Below, piece after piece: positions 24,307 to 35,174 of a DNA stretch of 64,000 bases (within the stretch, counting starts at the first letter, position 1; each line of letters begins with the position of its first letter). The stretch spans positions 224,001-288,000 of the forward strand of contig CAVSZB010000003.1 in the NCBI GenBank assembly GCA_963732385.1. The letters run 5' to 3'. The position numbers were made by a program, and so were the translations under genes. Source of the DNA: an uncultured bacterium. GTDB taxonomy: Bacteria; Krumholzibacteriota; Krumholzibacteriia; LZORAL124-64-63. The notes below the pieces were generated by a model, which saw only the letters and a list, made by a program, of their open reading frames with translations, made no database searches and was not told the origin of the DNA.

Positions 24307-24921
24307 ATGGAAACCTTGGAGAGTCTCGACCTGACCACCCGCAAACTGCGCACAGGCCGCCTCGGAGCCTTCTTCAGGCCCCGACAGCTGGCAGCGATCG
24401 GCATCAGCTACGACCGCCTCCAGAACCTAGTGGAGGCCGGGGCTGTCGAGCGTGTGGGGTGGGGGCTTTACCGCCTGGCTGACGAGGAGCCCACCGAGCA
24501 TCACAGTCTGGCCGAAACCTGCGCCAGAGTGCCGCATTCGATCATCTGCCTGCTGTCGGCGCTGCAGGTGCATGGCATCGGCACGCAACTCCCACGCGAG
24601 ATCTGGCTGGCGATCCCGCACAAGTCCAGGCCGCCGCGCGAGCAAGGCGTGAAGCTCCGGCTGTTGCGCTTCAGCGGACCCGCCTGGACCTATGGCGTGG
24701 TCCAGACCGAGTTCGAGGGAGTTCCGGCGCGCATCACGAATCCGGCGCGAACGGTCGTGGACTGCTTCCGCTTCGAACGGCTCATCGGACGCGAGGCCGC
24801 GATGGAGGCGCTCCGGGACACCCTGCGCCAGAAGCTCGCGACGACCGACGCGCTCTACCGCACGCTCGATGTGCTGCCCTCGCGCCTCCTCCACTCCGTG
24901 CTGGAGGCGACGGCCCCATGA
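24307..24921 (+). CDS. abiEi: Type IV TA antitoxin AbiEi
   Basis: wHTH ERVGWGLYRL, ICLLSAL..HG, PARTVVDCFRF. Confidence 0.88.
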   Translation: METLESLDLTTRKLRTGRLGAFFRPRQLAAIGISYDRLQNLVEAGAVERVGWGLYRLADEEPTEHHSLAETCARVPHSIICLLSALQVHGIGTQLPREIWLAIPHKSRPPREQGVKLRLLRFSGPAWTYGVVQTEFEGVPARITNPARTVVDCFRFERLIGREAAMEALRDTLRQKLATTDALYRTLDVLPSRLLHSVLEATAP

Positions 24922-25829
24922 GCCAGAACGTGGCAGCTTCGATCAAGGCCCGGCTGCTCAAGAGGGCCAATCAACACGGCGAGCAGTTCGAAATGACTCT
25001 CGTGCGCTACGCCTCCGAGCGGTTCCTGTACCGAATGGGCGCCTCGATTCTGCGCGAAAGCTGCATTCTGAAGGGCGCCGGACTGCTGACGGTGTGGATG
25101 GCTGATCCCTATCGCGCCACGCGCGACATCGATCTGCTGGCCTACGGCGAAAACGATGACGCAGGCGTCCGGGCGACCATGAGAGCGATCTGCTCGGTGC
25201 CCTGCCCCGAAGACGGCCTGGATTTCGACCTCGGCACCCTCGACGTCTCGCCGATCCGCGAGGAGGACGAGTACGCCGGACAGCGGGCCGTACTACGTGC
25301 CTATCTCGGCAAGGCGAAAATTCGGGTACAGGTCGACTTTGGATTCGGCGATGCCGTCGTGCCGGGCCCCGAGGACGCCGAGTATCCCACGCTGCTCGAT
25401 GGGCTGCCAGCCCCACATGTGCGAACGTACCCGCGGATCGTTACCGTAGCGGAAAAATTCGAAGCCATGGTCCAACTCGGCCGACGGAACAGCCGCATGA
25501 AGGACTTCCACGACGTGTGGGCCCTCTCAGCGCAGTTCGCGTTCAAGGGACCGGAGCTTCGGGAGGCCGTCTCCGCCTGCTTCAGGCGCCGCCGCACCGA
25601 GTGGACGCCGGAGATTCCAGATGTGCTGCTGCGGACCTTCTATGGCGACGAAGGCCTTGCCGTGCGCTGGACCAGCTACGTGCGCGCCGGGGCCTACCGC
25701 GCCGCCCCGCCGGCGGACTTCGAAGCGATCGGAAACCGGGTGATCGAGTTCCTGGGACCCATCCGCGAGAGCCTCGTCTCCGGTTCGTCTTTCGAAAGGA
25801 ACTGGAGCGGGGGAGGGCCATGGACGTGA
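24918..25829 (+). CDS. abiEii: Type IV TA nucleotidyltransferase toxin AbiEii
   Basis: ERFLYR, LKGA, RATRDIDL, DFGFGD, AEKFEAM, NSRMKDFHD; ATGA coupling to abiEi. Confidence 0.92.
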   Translation: MSQNVAASIKARLLKRANQHGEQFEMTLVRYASERFLYRMGASILRESCILKGAGLLTVWMADPYRATRDIDLLAYGENDDAGVRATMRAICSVPCPEDGLDFDLGTLDVSPIREEDEYAGQRAVLRAYLGKAKIRVQVDFGFGDAVVPGPEDAEYPTLLDGLPAPHVRTYPRIVTVAEKFEAMVQLGRRNSRMKDFHDVWALSAQFAFKGPELREAVSACFRRRRTEWTPEIPDVLLRTFYGDEGLAVRWTSYVRAGAYRAAPPADFEAIGNRVIEFLGPIRESLVSGSSFERNWSGGGPWT

Positions 25830-25865
25830 CGGTGGCGAGGGGCGCAATTGCCGCTGTCGCCCGCC

Positions 25866-25896
25866 ACTGAGTAAAATTACTCAGTACGCTGAGTAA
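25866..25896. promoter_or_regulatory. Overlapping AT-rich palindromes (putative operator)
   Basis: actgagtaa-aa-ttactcagt overlapping ttactcag-tacg-ctgagtaa. Confidence 0.5.
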
Positions 25897-25989
25897 TCCG
25901 TCCGGTCGCAGCCAAGCCGATTTCCAGCAACAACTTTCATCCCCCCGCCGTAATATCAATTCTCCCCCCACCTCCCCGGAGGTCCTCTC

Positions 25990-27875
25990 ATGCGCCACCC
26001 CGTCGCCCTCGCGCTGCTCTGCTGCGCCCTGACGCCGGCGCCCTTCGCCCGCGCCGCCGCCATCCACGAAGCCGCCCGGTCCGGCGACCTTCCCGCCGTC
26101 ACCGCCCAGCTCGCCGCCGACCCCTCCGCGCGCGACGCCCGCGACGACGCCGGCCGCACCCCCCTGCACCACGCCGCCCGCGCCGGCCAGCTCGAGGTGA
26201 TCCGCCTCCTGCTCGCCCGCGGCGCCGACCCCAACCCGATCGACACCAACGGCGCCACCCCCCTGCACAGCCTCGCCTCGCGCGGCCACGCGGAAGCGGC
26301 CCGCACCCTGCTCGACCAAGGCGCCGCCATCGAGCTGACGATGCCCGACGGCCTCACCCCCCTCGGCCTGGCCGCCCAGTCGGGCCAGTTGGAGGTGGTG
26401 CGCCTCCTGCTGGCGCGCGGCGCCGCCCTGGAACACCGCAACAGCTACGAGCGCACCCCGCTCGTCCTGGCCGCCCGCGAGCAGGGGGGAGTGGAGGTGG
26501 TCCGCGCCCTGCTCGACGCCGGCGCCGCCATCGACGTCCGCGACCGTTTCGGCGACACCGCCCTCAGCCTGGCCGCCTGGCGCGGCTACGCCGACGTGGT
26601 GGACCTCCTGCTCGACCGCAACGCCAGCACTCCCCGACGCGCCCGCCGAAGCGGCCAAGCTGATCGGCCGCGCCGCCGACAAGGGCCTGCCCCGCCTCTT
26701 CACCCGCATGCTCGACACCGGTTTCGACCCCCGCCCCGCCCCCGACGCCCGCGCGACCCTGCTCCACCGCGCCGCCGCCGGCGGCTCCGTCCCGATCATG
26801 ACGGCGCTGATGGCCCGGGGCCTCGACCCCACCGCCCCCGACCCCAACGGCTGGACCCCCCTCCACTACGCCGCCGACATGGGCCGCACCGACGCCGTGG
26901 ACCACCTGCTGACCCACGGCGCCGCCATGAGACGCCAGAACCGCCATGGGCCAGACCCCCCTGAACCTGGCCCAGGAACGCGACGACGCGGAGATGGTGT
27001 CCCACCTCACCGCCGCCGGCGCCGACCCGTCGCCCCCCCGCTTCCCCGACCTGAGGGGCCCCTGGCTCGGCCAGGGCGACCCACCCCCCTGCGCCACCCC
27101 CTTCGCCCCCGGCATCGTGAGCGCGAGGTGGGGCCAGCACAGCGTCCCCACCTTCTCCCCCGACGGCACCGAAGCCCTCTGGAACTGCATGATCGTGCCC
27201 CGCGACACCGGCTACAGCACCGGCCGCACCCTCCGCACCAGACTGGTGGACGGGAGATGGACCTACCCGATCCCCGCCGTCTTCGACGGCGTGCGCGTGG
27301 AGGACGTCCCCCTGATCTCCCCCGACGGCACGAAGCTGTACGACGTCGCCCGCCGCCCCGACCCCGACGGCACCCCCCAGGGCGAGCGGATCTGGACATG
27401 GGAAAGGCAGGGTGACGACTGGGCGAACCCGAGCCTGCTCGCCGACCCCGTGAACGCCAAACCCCTGCACTGGCAGTTCGGCCTGGACCGCGACCACAAC
27501 GTCTACCTGACGCTGAACATCCCCGGCACCCTGGGCGGCTCCGACATCTACGTCTCCCGCCCGACCGACGGCGTCCACGCCGAGCCGGAGAACCTCGGCC
27601 CCGCCATCAACACGACCGCCGACGAAGCCTTCCCCTACATCACCCCCGACGGCAACTGCCTCCTGTTCGGCCGCGACTCCGACATCTGGCTCTCCCGCCG
27701 CGACGCGGCAGGCAACTGGCTCCCCGCCACCCCCCTGAGCCCCGAGGTCAACACGGAGGTACCAGAACTGCTGCCGACCCTCTCACCGGACGGCCGGGCC
27801 CTGTTCTTCCTCCGCAACTGGGGCGTCTACTGGATCGACGCGGAGGCCGCCGGCATCCCCCCGGCAATCAGATAG
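25990..27875 (+). CDS. Secreted ankyrin-repeat + PD40 (TolB-like) protein; two apparent frameshifts (~26626, ~26930)
   Basis: Signal peptide, repeated G.TPLH.AA; then PTFSPDG, PENLGPAINT.ADEAFPYITPDG. The three ORFs join by removing single bases. Confidence 0.82.
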
Positions 27876-27987
27876 GGGAGGCCCGCACCTGGCCCGAAGC
27901 GGTCTCGCCAGCAACATCGCGTTTGTCGTTTACCAGGCGCAATTCCAGGCGTATTGTCCATGCCTGGCACGTGCCGGAGGTGCAAAC

Positions 27988-28242
27988 TTGGCGTTGGTAA
28001 AGAAGCTTGTTGAGTCCGACAGGGAACGCTTCGCTGTTCACGATGAAGTCGAGGCGACCTACAGCGTGTTCGTGGACGACGGGGGAAGTCCGGTCCTACA
28101 AATCGATACGTTTGGGTCAACAAGCCGAAAACTGCCAGGAAAGGTGAGTCAAAGCGTACAATTTGACGCCGCAACCCTGGTAGTGCTTCGCGACATCATC
28201 GCACACGCGCTTGATAAGGCGGGCCGCAAGCTCCCTGAGTGA
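27988..28242 (+). CDS. Small conserved hypothetical protein (QIDT.GS...GKVSQS family)
   Basis: RBS ggaggt, TTG start; LQIDTFGSTSRKLPGKVSQSVQFD. Confidence 0.7.
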   Translation: MALVKKLVESDRERFAVHDEVEATYSVFVDDGGSPVLQIDTFGSTSRKLPGKVSQSVQFDAATLVVLRDIIAHALDKAGRKLPE

Positions 28243-28406
28243 TGGCTTGAACCGCGGAAGGAGCGCGAGGAGTCAGCCTCGCCGCATTATCCCCGCGCTC
28301 ACGAAGATCGCACGCGTTCTTGGCGGAATGTCCCATGACAACCGCAGGCAATAGCTCTGGCCTGGAAAGACCTATCCAGACAAACGCCAAAATACGGAGG
28401 CCATTC

Positions 28407-28757
28407 ATGCGAGCGTGGGCGCTGATTGTTACTGCCACGATCTTGTGCGGATGCAATGTATCCAATCTCGGCGACCGCGTGGTCATGGACCAGCTGCTAG
28501 TGCTCAAAGATGGCGAGTCTAACATCTTCAAGCTAAGTCCTGGCTCCTATCGGCTTGAGCTGACCGCCAGCAACGATGGCGCCTCTGTCGAGTGGATCGG
28601 CGGAGAATGCCAGCCCATCCCACAAACCAAGTCAATGACAAGCCATTGTCGCCTTTCGAAAACAGGCCAACTCATCATTTCGAATCCAACCGCGCTCGGC
28701 CTAGGTGCCTCAACAAGCTGCACCGTCAAGGTGACGAAGCTCGGTCGCGATCTTTGA
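28407..28757 (+). CDS. Putative lipoprotein
   Basis: RBS ggagg; MRAWALIVTATILCGC lipobox-like. Confidence 0.6.
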   Translation: MRAWALIVTATILCGCNVSNLGDRVVMDQLLVLKDGESNIFKLSPGSYRLELTASNDGASVEWIGGECQPIPQTKSMTSHCRLSKTGQLIISNPTALGLGASTSCTVKVTKLGRDL

Positions 28758-28767
28758 GCGCCACGGG

Positions 28768-28985
28768 CAGTTCAACTTGGACCGGGATTACAACCTCAAT
28801 TTGAACCAGGAAATCCCTGGCGCCCAAGGTGGCTTGGTCATCTACATTTTTCGCCCAGCCAACGGCCTTCACGCCGAGCCCAAGAGACATCGGTTCAGCG
28901 AATTGGACAAGCGCGGACGAGGCCTTCCCTTACGTGACCCCGGGCGGGAGCAGTCTGTTGTTTCCGACGGAACTCAGGCATCTGG
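28768..28985 (+). pseudogene. Degenerate copy of the PD40 segment of the ankyrin gene (27474-27690)
   Basis: QFNLDRDYN..IPGAQGG..IYIFRPANGLHAEP / ADEAFPYVTPGG aligns with QFGLDRDHN..IPGTLGG..IYVSRPTDGVHAEP..ADEAFPYITPDG. Confidence 0.75.
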
Positions 28986-29010
28986 ATGGCCCACGATTCG
29001 CGTCACAGAG

Positions 29011-29110
29011 AGCCCCTGGACTTGTTCCGGCGCCGGGAGCAGTCCGCCCTGCTGCCGCTGCCTGACGCCCCCTACGATCTGTGTATGGCGCCAGGCGAAG
29101 CTACTGTAGC
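29011..29110 (+). mobile_element. Possible IS21-family (IstA) transposase remnant
   Basis: PLDLFRRREQSALLPLPDAPYDL / VWRQAKL across a frameshift resembles the IstA E...LLPLP..PYD..VW..AK segment. Confidence 0.4.
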
Positions 29111-29337
29111 GCTCAGGAACTGCTCCGCGGGGGCAGTGTGCCCTCCCTGGCGGCGGGATGCCGCCTCCCTGGCCCACAGACTGGACAGACGCCGAACAGA
29201 ACGGCTGCATCTTATTTCTCTGCAAGGTGATAGCCGACGCATTGACCGGGCGGACCGTCCCGAGTATCTTGCAGGCCTGAGACGGCAAGAACCCAATGTC
29301 GGCTGGTTGCTTCCTCTGCAAGCGAGGACCACTAGGG

Positions 29338-30249
29338 ATGACAGTCGCTCAAGATATCGTCAAATCGCGGGAACACGAGATGTTGGTCTATTTGGGCTCC
29401 ATGGAGGCGATGTACGACAACGCATTCCTCCAAAACGTTGAAATATATGACCTTGCGGCTGGTCTGACGGACGATTTTCGGAGCATCACTGCGGATGCGG
29501 TTCTTGCTGATTCTAGGATCATCAGGGTATTGCGCTACGCGATTGCTCCATCGATCAGCCAGATGAAATTTGGGCAATTCTTCGGGATTAGTTCTATCGA
29601 TCGATTCGAAAACCAGAAAGTTGCCAACCCAACGGCCAAACACCGGGAGCTTCAAGCGATTGCACCACGGATAGCGACGTTTGTGACCGAGCATTTGGAC
29701 AAGTCCAGATTCCTATGGCTGGAGGAAGAATTGGAGGAGGGCCTTCGTGGCTTGGCGCGTGATTACGCTCGGAAGTGGACGTGTTCCATTGCGGCGGATC
29801 AAAACGCTCAGACACGTTATCGTAATTGGAGGAAGGATCAGCAGGAACACGCGATTGCTGGTGCGCTGATCGACTTGGAATATACTCGGTCTTTATTCCG
29901 CGGGTTGTTGAGCAATTCCACCGATATCGCGATCGGAGAGTTTGCTCAAGAGACGCGAATCCAAGGCCGGACGCGGCAAAAGGCGGATCTTGTGGTCCGA
30001 GCCAAAGTAAGCAAGAAGATCGTTCTGATCGAAGCCAAGGCCGTCGGCGTCGAGATCGATTCTACAAAGAGAATCAAGGAATGTTGCGACAAAGCAAGCG
30101 ATTGGAAGTCGTGCGCTGCCTTGGGTAATCCGATCGTCGTTGCGATCATCGGCGGCTTCTTCACCGAAATTGGGATTCGTAGCCTGGAGGCTTCGGGGAT
30201 CACGGTCATTTGGGAGCATAGGCTGAGCGACCTTGAGAGGATTCTATAG
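29338..30249 (+). CDS. Putative type II restriction endonuclease, XamI/SalI-like PD-(D/E)xK
   Basis: RVLRYAIAPSIS, KADLVVR...LIEAK, STKRI, VIWEHRL; lower GC; overlaps the MTase start. Confidence 0.7.
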   Translation: MTVAQDIVKSREHEMLVYLGSMEAMYDNAFLQNVEIYDLAAGLTDDFRSITADAVLADSRIIRVLRYAIAPSISQMKFGQFFGISSIDRFENQKVANPTAKHRELQAIAPRIATFVTEHLDKSRFLWLEEELEEGLRGLARDYARKWTCSIAADQNAQTRYRNWRKDQQEHAIAGALIDLEYTRSLFRGLLSNSTDIAIGEFAQETRIQGRTRQKADLVVRAKVSKKIVLIEAKAVGVEIDSTKRIKECCDKASDWKSCAALGNPIVVAIIGGFFTEIGIRSLEASGITVIWEHRLSDLERIL

Positions 30250-31418
30250 TGGAGAGTCGAAACTATGTAAGCCTCTTCTCCGGTGCTGGAGGCTTAGATA
30301 TTGGTCTTGAGCAAGCCGGTCTAAAGGCTGTTTCTCAATGCGAGATCGATCCGGTGTTCTGCGGCACGCTCGCCGCGAATCAGGGATTTACGAAGGAAGA
30401 TGGGCGCCGGTACTTCGTCGGCACGCAGTTGTTGAATTCAGACATTCGGGAAATAGGGGGAGGGGACCTGTGTCGGGGCGAGCGCGTCGATGTGGTAGTT
30501 GGTGGTCCGCCATGCCAGGCCTTCTCGAGTGCGGGCAGGCAATTGAGTGTTCTCGACCCTCGGGGTCTTCTCGTTAACGAGTTCGTTAGGATCGTCGATG
30601 AAATCCGCCCCAAGGTGTTTCTCTTGGAGAACGTGCGAGGGCTTGTGACTGCGCGCGACTCAAACGGAGAGCCTGGCGGAGTCCTCCACGGACTTCTCGA
30701 TCGATTCTGGCGGCATGGATACAGTTGCAGGGCGACTCTGCTCAATTCTGCAGATTACGGTTCATGTCAAAGACGGGTGCGGTGCTTCATTCTTGGGACC
30801 TCGGCAGGACGGGCTCCCGTTTTCCCCGAGCCCAGCCACCAGAGACAATCCGGCTTGATTCATCGTCGATGGAACACGTTGGCCGATTTCCTGCGAATGT
30901 ATGCCGATGCCAACGAAGCCAATTACACATATCCGACCGAGTCTTTGGCGAGTCAGTTGCGTGTACTTCCGGACGGAGCAGGGCTGAAGAGTGTAGGTAG
31001 GGCCGAAGCGACTCGGCCAGGCGGTCACTGGGGCTACAGGCAGGGCACGTTCATTGCCGACCTGACGTTACCAGCGCGAACGGTAACGGGATCTGCAAGT
31101 CAGGACTGGGTGCGGTGGAACGGCGCACTGCGTCGGCTGACACTTCGAGAGGTCATGATGCTTCAGGGGTTTCCGGTCGATTGGGACGTGCGAGGGACTA
31201 AGGCCCAGCAGTACAAGCAGATTGGCAATGCCGTCCCAACTGTGTTTGGCAGGGTTCTGGGGGAGCATATTCAGGTGATCCTCAATGATTTCCCGACGAC
31301 CAAAGCTGAAAAGATCGAAATGCCGAATACCCTTCAAGGCTACATTGCCTACACAAAGAAGGACGAGGCGCGAAACGGTGATTCGCGAGTTGTGCATAAA
31401 AGGTTTGCGAAGGCCTGA
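30249..31418 (+). CDS. DNA (cytosine-5)-methyltransferase
   Basis: FSGAGG, GGPPCQAFS, ENV, QRRVR, LQGFP, IGNAVP. Confidence 0.95.
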   Translation: MESRNYVSLFSGAGGLDIGLEQAGLKAVSQCEIDPVFCGTLAANQGFTKEDGRRYFVGTQLLNSDIREIGGGDLCRGERVDVVVGGPPCQAFSSAGRQLSVLDPRGLLVNEFVRIVDEIRPKVFLLENVRGLVTARDSNGEPGGVLHGLLDRFWRHGYSCRATLLNSADYGSCQRRVRCFILGTSAGRAPVFPEPSHQRQSGLIHRRWNTLADFLRMYADANEANYTYPTESLASQLRVLPDGAGLKSVGRAEATRPGGHWGYRQGTFIADLTLPARTVTGSASQDWVRWNGALRRLTLREVMMLQGFPVDWDVRGTKAQQYKQIGNAVPTVFGRVLGEHIQVILNDFPTTKAEKIEMPNTLQGYIAYTKKDEARNGDSRVVHKRFAKA

Positions 31419-31562
31419 AGGGACGCGAAGCGCGTAGCTGGGAGGGATTGCAACGCATATCTCAACAGCGCGCCGGAATGGCCTTCAGCAGGCTGTTCAT
31501 TAGCCGCGGGTTTGCCCCGTACGGTTTCTTCGGCCGCGGGGCTATCACGGATGCCCGGTAGT

Positions 31563-32123
31563 CTACGCTCGCGGCGAGGCCTTCTTCGCCTCCTTCCACG
31601 CCCCCCGAATGATCACCATCGACGCATCGTCAGGATCCTCGCATCCGCAGGATTCGACCAGAGCGCGGTTGTGCCAGAGGCCGAAGGCATTGCGGATGCC
31701 GGTGCCCCAGCCGTGGTGGTACATGATCAGATCCTCCTCGGCGATCGCGGCCAGTGACGCGAGGTCGTCCGGCGACATGCCCTTCAGGAGGATCGCGACA
31801 GCCTCGTCCAGCGTGTCTGGCATCGGGAAATCGTCGTGAGGCGACAGGGGGTCTTCCGGATCGTAGTCAGGAATCAAGCCTGACAGCCATTCGTGGCAGT
31901 CGTCGATGGTCGGGAAGCGGCCTTGGAGGACGACCTCGCCGGAGATGATCACGGCCGGCAGCGCGCGGACGCCGAGCTCATCCAGGTGGGGCTGATTCGG
32001 GAGGCACGCTCCCACCGTCGCGTTGACGCCTGCGGTGATCAGCGCTTCGAGGAGGAATCCCTGCAGGGGACCCCAGCCGTCGCCATCGGCGCTGATGTAC
32101 GTGATGCTGGGAATTCCACTCAT
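31563..32123 (-). CDS. Hypothetical protein: thioredoxin-like N-terminus + DUF6794-like C-terminus
   Basis: LGVRALPAVIISGEVVLQGRFP; PDTLDEAV...HHGWGTGIRNAFGLW...PDDASMVII; RBS aaggag. Confidence 0.6.
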   Translation of the reverse strand: MSGIPSITYISADGDGWGPLQGFLLEALITAGVNATVGACLPNQPHLDELGVRALPAVIISGEVVLQGRFPTIDDCHEWLSGLIPDYDPEDPLSPHDDFPMPDTLDEAVAILLKGMSPDDLASLAAIAEEDLIMYHHGWGTGIRNAFGLWHNRALVESCGCEDPDDASMVIIRGAWKEAKKASPRA

Positions 32124-32187
32124 TGTTCTGGCTCCTTGATGCACGTTGAAAGTGATGGGGAACGCCGCCGGTTCCATTGCATTTCTT

Positions 32188-33551
32188 CTACTTCGCTCTG
32201 CGTGCGGCAACGAATTCCCTCAACTTCTCTGCCCCGCCTTTCACTTTGCAGTAGCCGCAGCCGAACTGGTCGCTGCTTGAGCTGATCATCAAGCTGTGGT
32301 TGGTGCCGGGGCAGTGGGCGCGCCAGTGGTGGGGGCCTTCGCCGGACGGTTCGGGGTTGAGGCCTAGCTCGCGGGCGACGACGACGAGTTGTGATTCTTC
32401 GGCGCGTGCGGCTTCGGCGTTGGAGGAGAACTCCGCGTCGAGGGTGGCGAGGATGCGTCCGTACTCCTCCTCGCTCAGCAGGCCGGGGGCGGTGAAGCCG
32501 GCCGGCCAGGAGGCGAGGGCCCGGGAGGCGGTCAGGATCTCGAAGAGTTCGCAGGCGGCCGAATGATCGTCGGGGTGTGGGGGCGAGATCACGGCGCGGC
32601 CTTCGTGGTGGTCGCTGCGGAACCAGAGCTCATCGGCAGCCACGGTGCGGCGCAGGAAGGCGGATTCGGGATACGAGCCCAGCAGGAACGATACCTCGTA
32701 CGTGCAAACGGGTACTGCGTCGCCAGGGACAGGGGCTCTGTTGGCGGCGTTCTTGAGCCAGGGGTCGGCGGTGATCTCGGTCACTGGCTCTGCCGGTTTG
32801 GGGGCAGGCGGCTGCGGAGCGGGTTCGGGTTCGATTTCCTCGGGGCGGGGTTCGGGGATGTCCTCGTAGATGTCTTCGAGGAGGATGAGTCGGTGGAGGT
32901 CGTCGGGGTTGGCGGTGAAGCCGCAGGCGGCGTCGATCAGGGTGTCGTGGCGGACGATGCGGTAGCCGCGCTTGCGGTAGAGGGCCACGATCTCCGGTTC
33001 GTCCTTCATGTTCAGGGTGGTCATGGTACCGTCCCACACGGAGTCTTGGGCTATGCCGTGGAGGGAGAGGATCGAGGGGGGACGGTGTCGGTCATCGTGG
33101 TCTGGGGGTTCTCGGGGCCGAGGTTGTAATCGAACTCCGTGGACTCCCATTCACCGCGGTCGAACGGTTCGTGGCCGAGGGGGGGGCGTTCGCCTGGGCA
33201 TGACAGCTCCTCGTAGCCGGCCCAGGCCTGGGCGCGGGTGAGGTTCGGGTCCTCCTCCTCGCCGAGTTCCTCCGGGTCGAGCAGGCGCTTCTCCCAGTAC
33301 TCCGCGAAGCCCTTATGCTCGGCGTTGTCGATGATCCACTGGGACAGGGTCTCGCGGTGGTGGGAGGGGAGGGCGGCCAGGAATTCGGCCCAGGTCCTGG
33401 ACTCGTTGCGGGCCAGATAGTACGAGGCGTCGTCGACTGCGTAGGCGAACGGGAGGACGAGCAGCAGGTCGCCGTCCCAGGGGGCGGGGCCGTAGACGAC
33501 GCGGGGGGCGGGCTGGCGCTTCGGGCGGCGGGTCTTCTTCTGCGATGACAT
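32188..33551 (-). CDS. Hypothetical protein with a C-terminal Zn-ribbon; probable frameshift in the G-run near 33078
   Basis: ORFs 33051-33551 and 32188-33150 join at TDTVPP/SILSL; C-terminal HCPGTNH...FGCGYC. Confidence 0.55.
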
Positions 33552-33630
33552 CTGCGGACCTCCTGCGTGCGAGTTCCGCCGGGTCGCTGCGGCCGGCGGG
33601 GGAGTCCCGCCGGCGGGCAGCTGCCCGGCC

Positions 33631-33682
33631 TTTTAGCTCGTTGTTTAACGTGGCGGCAAGCCGACCGGCTCAAATCACCACG
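33631..33682. repeat. 52-bp direct repeat, copy 1
   Basis: ttttagctcgttgtttaacgtggcggcaagccgaccggctcaaatcaccacg; 48/52 identical to 36711-36762. Confidence 0.9.
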
Positions 33683-33720
33683 GATGGGGGCTGTTGCTGC
33701 TCTCTGTCGGTCCTCCGGCT

Positions 33721-35069
33721 CTACGCCTTGCTTCGGGGGGCGCGGCGCGGGTGGGGGGGTGCGTGGGCGGCGCGCAGGTCGCGGTCGCGCAGCATGGTTT
33801 TCATCGAGGAGACGTGGAGTTCCTTCACGTCGCACATCGACAGGCAGGCGTGGACGGAGTCGTCGTGCTGGGCGAAGTCGTGCACGAGGTCAGTCTTCGT
33901 TGGGGAGGCCGGTGCAGTAGGCGCGGAACTCCTGGGTCCTGTCCTGCATGGTGCGGTAGGCCTGGGCGCGGTCGCCCTGTTCGAGGTGGGACGAGGCGTG
34001 GAGGACCAGGTGGGTGAGCCAGAGGTGGGCGATCGCTTCGGAGGCGTCGTTGTCGCGGAGGTCGTGCGAGGCGGCGCGCTGGGCGTCGGCGGTGAAGTCC
34101 AGTCCGAGGGTTGGGGTGGACAGGCGATCGGCTTTGCCGGGTGGGGTCCAGGTCGCGGTGACGGTGACCGGGAGGCGGCAGCCGGGGGCGGTGGCGGGGA
34201 GGTCGAGGCGCACGGCCAGGGTGCGCTGCTGGGCGGAGGTCAGGGTGCCGCACAGGAGGGTGGTGCGGGTGGTGCCGTCGGCGGGGGTGCGGTCGATCTC
34301 GAGCGGCCAGGGGCCGAGGGGGATGACGGTCGTGCCGGCGGGCGCGGTGATCGTGACGCGGACATCATCTGCGGCGGTGAGGAGGATCTGGCCGAGCTCG
34401 CCCACCACGACCTCGATGATCTCTTCGGGGCGGGCGGCGTGGTGCATGCGGCCGCCGCCGCGGCTGGCGAGGGCGCGCAGCTGCTCGGCGCTGTAGCCTT
34501 CGCCGATGCCGACGGTCGAGGTGTAGACGCCGCGCTCGCGCCACATGTCGGCCATCTCTTCGAGGGCGGCGGGGTCGGTGATGCCCCGGTTGGCGTGGCC
34601 GTCGGACAGCAGGATGACGCGGCTGCTCGCGCCCTCCAGGGTGGTGGCCAGTTCGGCGGCCAGTTCGCAGCCGCGCTGCCAGCCGCCGCACAGGTCGGTG
34701 CAGCCGCGGGTGCTCAGGGCGCGGACGGCGGCGATGGCGGCGCGGCGGCCGGCGGTGTCGGCGGTGCGGCCGGCGGCGTGGGTGATGATGTCGTCGGCGA
34801 ACGAGACCACCGTGATGCGGTCGCGCGCGGACAGCGCTTCGATGATGCCGATCGCGGCGCGTTTCGCCGCCTCGAGCGGATCGCCCTGCCATGCTGCCGG
34901 AGGCGTCGATCACGAGCGACACGTTCAGCGGCTGACGCGTGGCGTCGTCGGGGCGCTCCACGGCGGGCGCCTCGAGGTCGATCAGGAGGTGGCGCGCGCC
35001 GCCGGCGGGGTGCACGAAACTGTGGTCGGCGAGGGCGCGGCACTTCAGGGCGTTCATTCTGGCGATCAT
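33721..35069 (-). CDS. VWA-domain protein; two apparent frameshifts (~34889, ~33893)
   Basis: PLNVSLVIDASGSM (MIDAS), LEAAK, VILLSDGHANRG, STVGIG. Confidence 0.82.
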
Positions 35070-35174
35070 CTCTGGTCCTCCCTCGGAACGGGAATGCGGG
35101 CGATCTCGTGACACGGTCCCGGGTCGATCCGGGAGCGCGGCCGGGCCTGGCCGCGCGGACGGCGCCGGCGGTGA

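Noticed and set aside
27474..28985. DGR template/variable repeat pair
   Set aside because: The mismatches are not adenine-specific and include indels, and there is no reverse transcriptase in the window
33631..33720. Integron attC site
   Set aside because: GTTAAAC is present in one copy only, with no complementary RYYYAAC box and no integrase
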